Shown: positions 8,802-15,540 of the stretch, piece after piece
Position numbering within the stretch: the first letter of the stretch is position 1
How the letters are laid out: each line of letters begins with the position of its first letter
Assembly: GCA_050013295.1 (NCBI GenBank)
Contig: JBEKFN010000001.1
Location: forward strand, 1 to 39,007
DNA from: Terriglobales bacterium
Lineage (GTDB): Bacteria > Acidobacteriota > Terriglobia > Terriglobales > Acidobacteriaceae
Length of the DNA: 39,007 nucleotides
Direction: 5' to 3'
Program-made: the position numbers and the translations under genes
The notes under the pieces: model-generated
Told to the model about the DNA's origin: nothing
The model's database searches: none
Seen by the model: the letters and a program-made list of their open reading frames with translations, nothing else

Positions 8802-8845
8802 GTGGGCGCGAACGCGCCAGAAAATTGTGTTACAGTTTCGTGCTC

Positions 8846-9019
8846 ATGGAAACTTCCCCGAAAGCAGCGCCAGAAGCCAAGAAACCCGCAGTGGTTTTCT
8901 ATTGCCCAGTTTGCGCCGTGGAAGTCAGCAATCCCCTGACCTGCGGCGATTGCTCGGCCGTCATCTGCCGCCGCTGCGGAACGCCGCTGGAATCGTCGGA
9001 TGAGCTGGGCATGGGGTAG
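8846..9019 (+). CDS. Small Cys-rich zinc-ribbon-like protein (57 aa)
   Basis: Three CxxC pairs (CPVC, CGDC, CRRC). Start chosen at METSPK; the longer track ORF overlaps the upstream gene. Confidence 0.5.
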   Translation: METSPKAAPEAKKPAVVFYCPVCAVEVSNPLTCGDCSAVICRRCGTPLESSDELGMG

Positions 9020-9021
9020 AT

Positions 9022-9152
9022 CAGTCGTTGGTCGTTGGTCGTTAGTCGTTGGCAACACCCACAGCGTCTACCGATTGCGAGCTGCGACGATTGGCGAACG
9101 ACGATTGGCCAACGACGAATGGCGAACGACGGATTGCGAACGACCAACGACT
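9022..9152. repeat. Palindrome built from tandem heptamer/14-mer arrays (GTCGTTG and CGAACGACGATTGG units)
   Basis: Left arm CAGTCGTTGGTCGTTGGTCGTTAGTCGTTGGC. The right arm is a 5-unit array of the complementary motif. Lies between the zinc-ribbon gene and the permease. Confidence 0.8.
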
Positions 9153-9185
9153 TAATCTGCGGATGCATAACTCACCGGCTACTGA

Positions 9186-10604
9186 ATGAACACCGAAGCC
9201 GAAACATCCGGTCAGCAGCCGAGTCTCGTCCGTGGGCTTAGTTTGCTGGACTCCGTACTGCTGCTGGTAAGCGGCATCATCGGCTCTTCTATTTTTCTTA
9301 CCGCCAAAGATATTGCCGGGCCTTTGCCGAATCCGGCATTGTTTTTTCTGGTGTGGGTGCTCGGTGGAGTGATTTCTTTGTGCGCCTGCGTCGCATTCGC
9401 CGAACTCGGTTCCATGTATCCCGACTCCGGCGGACAATACATTTACCTCCGCGAAGCCTACGGCGACTTGGTCGCGTTTCTGTACGGCTGGATGTTGTTC
9501 GCGGTCGCAAATGGGGGTACTATCGCCGCACTCTCCGTCGCGTCGGCAGCTTACATGGGGAACATCATTCCGGCTATTTCGCAGGAGCGCGTGATTTTCT
9601 CGCTGGCAGGCATTCCCTTCACACGCGCGCATGCGGTCGGGCTGTTACTGATCGCCATCCTCACTTATGTCAATGTTGTCGGACTGCGCTGGGGCGCACT
9701 CCTTCAGAACGTCTCCACCTGGACCAAGTTCGCCGCCATGGCAGCCTTCGTTGTGCTGGGATTTGCCATCGGTAAGGGGCATTGGTCGAACTTCAGTGCG
9801 CAGGCGCCGGGCGGGCTAAACCAGGGATTGACTATGGGACTGAGCCCGGCGCAATTGATCTCCGCTTTCGGTGTCGGTTTGATCGCCGTGTTCTGGGCCT
9901 ACGACGGCTGGGTCTACGTCACGTGGGTCGCTGGCGAAGTCAAGGACCCGCGGCGCAATGTGCCGCTGGCCATGGTCTTAGGCGTGCTTGTGGTGGGCGC
10001 GATTTATCTCGCCATGAATATGACTTACGTTTACGCTATGCCGCTGAGTGAGGTCGCAAAGTACGAAACCATTGCCCACGCCGCCGCAACAAAACTCTTT
10101 TCGCCGGCGGCCGCGGTCTGGCTGTCGGCCATGATCGCGATTTCGTGTTTCAGCGCGGCGGCGGCCTGCACCCTGTCGGGCGCGCGCGTCTATCTCGCCA
10201 TGGCACAGGACGGCGTTTTCTTCCGCCGCATGGCCGTCATCCATCCTAAGTGGCGCACGCCCGCCTTCAGCCTCATCGGCCAAGGCATTTGGGCCGCGGT
10301 GCTCACCGTAAGCGGACGCTACGACCAGCTTTACACCTACGTCATCTTTGGCATGGTGCTGTCCTACACGCTGACTGTTATCGGCCTTTTTATCTTGCGC
10401 TGGAAGCGACCCGACGTTCCCCGTCCCTATCGCTGCACCGGATACCCGTGGCTGCCCGCGATCTACGTTCTGGTCGGCGTCGCCTGGACGCTAAACACCA
10501 TCATCCAGAGGCCAACTGAAGCCTTCTGGGGTGCGACCATTGTGCTGATCGGGGTGCCGGGATATCTGTATTGGAAGCGCGGGAGCCGCGAGGATGCCGC
10601 ATAG
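9186..10604 (+). CDS. APC-family amino acid permease
   Basis: 12-TM layout. N-terminal signature LLVSGIIGSSIF...FAELGSMYPDSGGQYIYLREAYG. Confidence 0.93.
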   Translation: MNTEAETSGQQPSLVRGLSLLDSVLLLVSGIIGSSIFLTAKDIAGPLPNPALFFLVWVLGGVISLCACVAFAELGSMYPDSGGQYIYLREAYGDLVAFLYGWMLFAVANGGTIAALSVASAAYMGNIIPAISQERVIFSLAGIPFTRAHAVGLLLIAILTYVNVVGLRWGALLQNVSTWTKFAAMAAFVVLGFAIGKGHWSNFSAQAPGGLNQGLTMGLSPAQLISAFGVGLIAVFWAYDGWVYVTWVAGEVKDPRRNVPLAMVLGVLVVGAIYLAMNMTYVYAMPLSEVAKYETIAHAAATKLFSPAAAVWLSAMIAISCFSAAAACTLSGARVYLAMAQDGVFFRRMAVIHPKWRTPAFSLIGQGIWAAVLTVSGRYDQLYTYVIFGMVLSYTLTVIGLFILRWKRPDVPRPYRCTGYPWLPAIYVLVGVAWTLNTIIQRPTEAFWGATIVLIGVPGYLYWKRGSREDAA

Positions 10605-10745
10605 CAGGTTGCGGAAAAACTCGGATTTTGATCTTGTTTTGCAGGGGCGCGGCTTCAGCCGCGCCGTAAGTACAGCAAAATCAATCGCGGCTTTCGCCGC
10701 TGCGGGCTGCACAGCGTGCAATCCGACTTTTTCCGCAGCCTGCTA
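10602..10745. mobile_element. MITE copy 1 (140 bp plus flanking TA duplications), IS630/Tc1-mariner-like termini
   Basis: Terminal inverted repeats GCAGGTTGCGGAAAAACTCGGATT / AATCCGACTTTTTCCGCAGCCTGC. TA on both sides. About 97% identical to 15398..15540. Confidence 0.85.
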
Positions 10746-10823
10746 GGTCTGGACATCTATTCCTTGTTTTGACCGCGGAACTTAGGCAGAATAGCGTGAA
10801 GAGTACAGGGGGTAGTTCTCATC

Positions 10824-11036
10824 ATGGCAAGTGTATCAGTGAGTCAATCCGCGAAGGCTTCTGATAAGAGCGCGAGACTGATCAGCTTCGAGGAGGCGAT
10901 GGAAAGACTGTCTCGCGAGGACCGGTTTCGAGCTACCGTCTACGCCATGAACACCCTTCTCGTGCAGAAGGGGATATACTCACCAGCAGAATTCGAATTC
11001 CAGTTTCGTCAATTCGGACAAAAGAACCTAAGGTAG
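10824..11036 (+). CDS. Small hypothetical protein (70 aa)
   Basis: ATG preceded by a GGGGG-containing SD-like stretch. Protein-like composition. Sits in a lower-GC segment. Confidence 0.45.
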   Translation: MASVSVSQSAKASDKSARLISFEEAMERLSREDRFRATVYAMNTLLVQKGIYSPAEFEFQFRQFGQKNLR

Positions 11037-11296
11037 AGGCTAGTTACTTCCGACCAGCCTTTCGTTCGCCTTTTCTATCCCTCCATTTTGGCATGTGACA
11101 CTTCGGAGATGAGCATCGCTCATGCGCGCCAATGTCGAAGTTTGCACACTCACATTCACCCACTGTTCCGGCGCGCGTTCTTCTTTCTTTGTGTCCTTCG
11201 CCATTCTTCGTCCAACCGCTGCAATTTCTGACGGTTCACGAGGCTTTCCCGCAGTAGCGGCGCTGCGCCATTTGCAGCTTGGTGCCCCTCAGTGTA

Positions 11297-11358
11297 CCTC
11301 TGCGTCCTCTGTGGTAAAGAGCTTCTTGAACCACAGAATACACAGAGGATCGCAGGGG
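11297..11358 (+). other. Long hairpin in the purU leader (17 bp stem with one bulge)
   Basis: CCTCTGCG+TCCTCTGTG pairs with CACAGAGGA+(T)+CGCAGGGG. Ends 25 nt before the purU ATG. The CTCTGCG motif recurs at about 31228-31272. Confidence 0.6.
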
Positions 11359-11382
11359 CGCTGGTAAAATCCGAAGTTGGCT

Positions 11383-12240
11383 ATGCACTCCTCCGCCATC
11401 CTTCTCATCTCCTGCCCCGACCGCAAAGGGATTGTGGCCACGGTGGCCGACTTCGTCTATCGACACAACGGCAACATCCTTTGTGCCGATGAGCACGGGG
11501 ACGAAGAATCGAATCTCTTCCTCTTGCGGGTTGAGTTCGACCCGTCCGATTTCGATTTTGACCTGGCCCAGTTTTCCGAGCGCTTTGCTCCCATTGCCCG
11601 CGACTTCCAGATGGACTGGCGGCTCGCCCACTCCACCGACCGCGCCCGCATTGCCATCTTCGTCTCGAAACATGACCACTGCCTGCAGGATCTGCTCTAC
11701 CGCCACCAAAGCGGCGAACTGCCCTGCGACATCCCGCTGATCATTTCCAACCATCCCGATAGCCAGCGCATCGCCGACTTTCACCGAGTCCCCTACTTCT
11801 TCCTACCGGTCACGAAAGAAAACAAGCGGGAAGCGGAACAGAAACAAATCGCGCTCGTCCGCGAACACAAATGCAGTCTCGTCGTCCTGGCACGCTACAT
11901 GCAGGTGCTGTCGAACGAGTTCATCGCAACCTTGGGCTCCGAGAAGCTCATCAATATTCACCACTCTTTCCTGCCCGCGTTCGTCGGCGCCAAACCCTAC
12001 CGCCAGGCCTTCCAACGCGGCGTGAAGCTGATCGGAGCCACGGCGCACTACGTTACTCAAGTACTCGATGATGGCCCCATCATCGAACAGGATGTGGTCC
12101 GCATCTACCACCGTGACACCGTCGACGACCTGGTCCAGAAGGGCCGCGATCTCGAAAAAGTCGTCCTGTCGCGCGCCGTCCGCTGGCACGCGGAAAACCG
12201 CGTCCTGCTGTACGGAAACAAAACCGTGGTCTTTCAATAG
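11383..12240 (+). CDS. purU: Formyltetrahydrofolate deformylase
   Basis: N-terminal ACT domain (ILLISCPDRKGIVATVADFV) and C-terminal formyltransferase domain (INIHHSFLPAFVGAKPY...ATAHYVT..LDDGPII). A TTG at 11377 is an alternative start. Confidence 0.95.
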   Translation: MHSSAILLISCPDRKGIVATVADFVYRHNGNILCADEHGDEESNLFLLRVEFDPSDFDFDLAQFSERFAPIARDFQMDWRLAHSTDRARIAIFVSKHDHCLQDLLYRHQSGELPCDIPLIISNHPDSQRIADFHRVPYFFLPVTKENKREAEQKQIALVREHKCSLVVLARYMQVLSNEFIATLGSEKLINIHHSFLPAFVGAKPYRQAFQRGVKLIGATAHYVTQVLDDGPIIEQDVVRIYHRDTVDDLVQKGRDLEKVVLSRAVRWHAENRVLLYGNKTVVFQ

Positions 12241-12437
12241 CCCGACTCAGGCAACTGATTCCTGTACAGGCGCGGCTTGCCGCGTCTCCTGGCACAGAGT
12301 GGGGCAGCCCCATCTCTACAGAGGGATATTAGTGCAGCCACTTCCGTAACCAGGTAACCAATTGCGCGGCCCTTCCCTTTCGGCTTTACTAAAGGATGGT
12401 GCCCATTTGAAAGCAGTAACGCGCGATCTCGAAGGAG

Positions 12438-13913
12438 ATGACCTTGGTTGAGGACCCCAAATGGGAACTGGCGCTGCTGGCCACCGTCCAGAGCTTCTAT
12501 CAGCGGCTGCTGAGCGACCAGCTTGGCGGAGAGATGCCCGCGCCCGCCGACCTCGCCCCCGACGTCATCAGCCACGCGGCCGACGTGCGCGCCACCCTCG
12601 ATCGAATGCACCTCTGGATCCAGCTTCTCGATATGGCGATCACTCCCGCCATGTTGCGGCTTGGAGTGCAATCCGACCTTGATCCCGAGGTTGCCGAAGC
12701 GTTGCTGCGCTACTTCGCACGCCACCGCGACGATTCCGCCGCCAATCGCGACAAAACCGATCTGGTCGCAACCTTTCTGTTTCGCCATCCTCGCGTGGCT
12801 GGCCAGTGGGAGCAGCGTGGCTACGGCCTCGACGGATCGATTCCTCTGTCTCCGTTTGAAATTGCGCTGCTGGAAATCCTGTCCGAGTCCGACGTGCCCG
12901 TGCTGTCGGAAGCGGATGTGCAACTGCTGCGCGAATTTAGCCCCTTGCTCGACCAGGCGAATCGCTTCCAGAACTTCAGCGCCCTCATGGACTCCGGCAT
13001 CATCCAGCGGGTTCGGGAGTTGAAAGCTGCGCTCGGCGAATCGATCTATCATCCCGGTGTGCTGGCCACGATCGCGCCTTACAATTCCGCCTTCGGCGAC
13101 CGTTTCCATGCGCTGTTCGCCAGCGCCGCGGAAGAGATTAAGGATTACGCCCACCGCCTTGAAGAACTCGGCGGCAGCATCCTCAGTACCGTCGACGGCG
13201 TCGAAGTCACCGTGGAGCACGTTGCCGCGCTGAACCAGGAGAACCTGCTGAAAGTCGACTACGGCGCAGCCCTGGAGAAATTCCTCCGCGTCTCCCGGCT
13301 GAAAAAAGAGTTGGAACGCAGGCCGCCAATCCGCCGTGCCCAACCGCACCCCACTCTTCCCGGTCACGCAGTGCAAGCGGGCGGCGCGGCTGCTGCTGCT
13401 CCGGCGATCGCTTTCAAGTATGTTCCCGCCGCTATTACACCGCAGGCGCTCTCGGTCGAAGAGGCCAAGTTGCGGAGGGTGGAAGAATCGATCCGCATCT
13501 TCGTGCGCGTCGCCGATCCCAAGTTCCGCCAGATCGTGCCCATGCGCTATTTCAACCTGATGCTCAGTCCCGCCGAGATTGAGGCCTACACCGCCGACTA
13601 TCTCGAACAAGCAGGACCGCGGGCGGACGCTGCGCGAATGCTGCTCCGCGTCGTCGCCGTAACGGCGCGCATGACCACCGAACTGGAGGAACTCAAGCGC
13701 TCGCGGAATTCCCGCTCCGTCTGGAAGCTGCACGCCGATTCTCTGGTAGTCCTCGTCGACCTCGCCCAGCGCCTCGCCGACGCCGTAGACCGGCTCGCCT
13801 TGATCGTCGGCCAGAATCCGGAGACGCAGGCAAACAGTGACCCTCTCCACAGCTCACTCGAAAAGCTGCGCGAGCGTACCGCCGAGGCCGCACAGCTCCT
13901 CGCCGAGGCGTAA
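12438..13913 (+). CDS. Hypothetical protein, 491 aa, predicted mostly helical, no recognisable domain
   Basis: High GC3 and normal composition on the plus strand. The larger minus-strand ORF 12234..13850 is its codon-aligned shadow. A TTG at 12444 has better SD spacing than the ATG at 12438. Confidence 0.75.
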   Translation: MTLVEDPKWELALLATVQSFYQRLLSDQLGGEMPAPADLAPDVISHAADVRATLDRMHLWIQLLDMAITPAMLRLGVQSDLDPEVAEALLRYFARHRDDSAANRDKTDLVATFLFRHPRVAGQWEQRGYGLDGSIPLSPFEIALLEILSESDVPVLSEADVQLLREFSPLLDQANRFQNFSALMDSGIIQRVRELKAALGESIYHPGVLATIAPYNSAFGDRFHALFASAAEEIKDYAHRLEELGGSILSTVDGVEVTVEHVAALNQENLLKVDYGAALEKFLRVSRLKKELERRPPIRRAQPHPTLPGHAVQAGGAAAAAPAIAFKYVPAAITPQALSVEEAKLRRVEESIRIFVRVADPKFRQIVPMRYFNLMLSPAEIEAYTADYLEQAGPRADAARMLLRVVAVTARMTTELEELKRSRNSRSVWKLHADSLVVLVDLAQRLADAVDRLALIVGQNPETQANSDPLHSSLEKLRERTAEAAQLLAEA

Positions 13914-14071
13914 CCACCCAACAAAAAAGGGACAGGCTGTTCATCCGTCGCTTATTCCCAAACCCAGTTCAAAGTGGCCGCTAGCGCCTGGCAGGCTCCA
14001 GGCTCCCCATAACGTCGGACTTCGGGCCGGACTGCGAGCGTTGGTTAGTTGACAGTCAGCATTGCCAGCGG

Positions 14072-15139
14072 TTACTTGGGGGCCGTGGAATCGCTGTCTT
14101 GTCTGGGGGAATTGGGCTTGGCGGAATCGGGCTTGGCTGGTTGCGATTTCGCTCGGTCGGTCTTGGTGGAATCGTCCTTCATGCGGAAGATGATTTTCCC
14201 TTTTTCGTAGACGACTAATTCGTCAGCAGCGGGAGCGGAAGCGGAAGCGGCGGTGGATTTTGCGGGCGCTGCGGGCTTCTTTGTCCTGGTGGATTTGGTC
14301 GCGTCGGCTGATTTTGTCGCGTCGGTGGATTTTATCGGGTCGGCTGATTTTGTTGGCTCAGCCGGGATTGGCTGAGAGATCTGGGCAGGAGGTGCGGCCG
14401 GGCGGAGCCATCCAATACGGGAACCGATGAGGAAGCTGACGGTGATGAAGGCGAGAATCGCCAGAGCCCCAAGGACGAGGGTCCAGGCTTCGTAAGAAGG
14501 GCGGCGAGCGGGCAGAGGGCTGGCTGCATCGAAGCCGGGCAGGATGGACGCGGGCGGAACGAGCTCGGGCCGGACGACTACGGCGGCGGGTTCCTGCTGA
14601 CCAAGTTCGATGGAGGCATCGCGAATGCGAGAGCACTCCTCGGCGAAACCTTCGAGCAGCTTCTGGTCGGAGTGGGAAAAGGCGCCGGTAGAGGGAGAGA
14701 AGACTTCGAGGATTCCGGTGAGAGCGTTCTTGTCGTTACTGTCGAAGACGGGAACGATGAGGATGGAGCGGATCCCGAGGTGGCGGGAGAGGGCGGGGTC
14801 GACGCGAGGGTCGAACTCGGTATCGACAGAAAGCTGGGGCTGATGGGTTTCGAGACAGGCGCCGGAGAGACCGTCGCGGGTGTTGAGGGTGACGCCGAGA
14901 TCTGGGGCGAGGGGTCCGCTGGCGGCACGACAGACCATTTCATCGCCGCTGGCGAGAGCCAGGGCGGCGGAGTTGGCGTGGATGGCTTCGGCGGCGCGGA
15001 CTACGAGCGTGTTGAGGACGAAATCGAGAGCGAGGTCGGGTGGAAAACCGGCGAGGCGGTGCTGCTCAAGCGTAACGGTCGGGTCAAGAGGAGACTCGTC
15101 AGGGTGGAACTCGGACCTCGAGATACGTTGCGGAAGCAT
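14072..15139 (-). CDS. GAF domain protein with a single TM helix and a low-complexity C-terminal tail
   Basis: GAF-like region (ALALASGDEMVCRAASG...SILIVPVF..GILEVFS). TM helix WTLVLGALAILAFITVSFLIG. Tail contains TKSAD-type repeats. Confidence 0.8.
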   Translation of the reverse strand: MLPQRISRSEFHPDESPLDPTVTLEQHRLAGFPPDLALDFVLNTLVVRAAEAIHANSAALALASGDEMVCRAASGPLAPDLGVTLNTRDGLSGACLETHQPQLSVDTEFDPRVDPALSRHLGIRSILIVPVFDSNDKNALTGILEVFSPSTGAFSHSDQKLLEGFAEECSRIRDASIELGQQEPAAVVVRPELVPPASILPGFDAASPLPARRPSYEAWTLVLGALAILAFITVSFLIGSRIGWLRPAAPPAQISQPIPAEPTKSADPIKSTDATKSADATKSTRTKKPAAPAKSTAASASAPAADELVVYEKGKIIFRMKDDSTKTDRAKSQPAKPDSAKPNSPRQDSDSTAPK

Positions 15140-15397
15140 TCTTTTCTTGTCCCTGGCTCTGAGGCGAGTTTCCCGCTAAACGGGGGGGAAGTCAATTGGC
15201 CAGGAGATTCGCTGCCTTTGAAATTTGGGGTGCGGAGCTATCCGCACCCTCTTGTCTCGCGCTGGCAGCGGACTCGGCAGAGTTAGATCAGTTTCGCGGG
15301 GTGACATTGGATTCGGGGCGAACGGTGACGTGGGCGTGGTCGCCCGCGTCCACACTGGCGGCGATTGCACGGTTTCGGCGAAGACACGGCGAGGGCC

Positions 15398-15540
15398 TAG
15401 CAGGTTGCGGAAAAACTCGGATTTTGATCTTGTTTTGAAGGGGCGCGGCTTCAGCCGCGCCGTAAGTGCAGCAAAACAATCGCGGCTTTAGCCGCTGCGG
15501 GCTGCACAGCGTGCAATCCGACTTTTTCCGCAGCCTGCTA
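15398..15540. mobile_element. MITE copy 2 (139 bp plus flanking TA duplications)
   Basis: Differs from copy 1 at 3 substitutions and 1 indel by eye. Flanked by C-TA...TA-G, i.e. a CTAG target. Confidence 0.85.

Noticed and set aside
9098-9152. GCCAACGACGAA... resembles the start of a tmRNA tag reading frame (ANDE..)
   Set aside because: It is one arm of a tandem-array palindrome. There are no tRNA-like acceptor or T-arm sequences and no resume-codon context.
10824-11036. The small ORF resembles the N-terminal helix of nitrile hydratase alpha or an NHLP-type RiPP leader (..TLLVQKGIYSPAEFE..)
   Set aside because: The similarity is a single short helix motif. There is no Gly-Gly cleavage site, no Cys/Ser/Thr-rich core and no maturation genes nearby.
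11040-11376. ZTP (pfl) or other purine/folate riboswitch upstream of purU
   Set aside because: I could not find the conserved ZTP pseudoknot words (GGGTCGTGAC.., CCGGGCGGA.., CCGCCTGGGCA). The only structure is the repeat-like hairpin reported separately.
12234-13850. 538-aa minus-strand ORF, longer than the plus-strand gene it overlaps
   Set aside because: It is codon-aligned antisense to 12438..13913. The plus frame has the high-GC3 pattern and normal composition, while the minus product is Gly/Arg/Val/Asp/Phe-rich shadow sequence.
15398-15540. MITE insertion truncating the propeller/Ig-like protein
   Set aside because: Removing the element plus one TA regenerates the same in-frame TAG, so the stop pre-dates the insertion.
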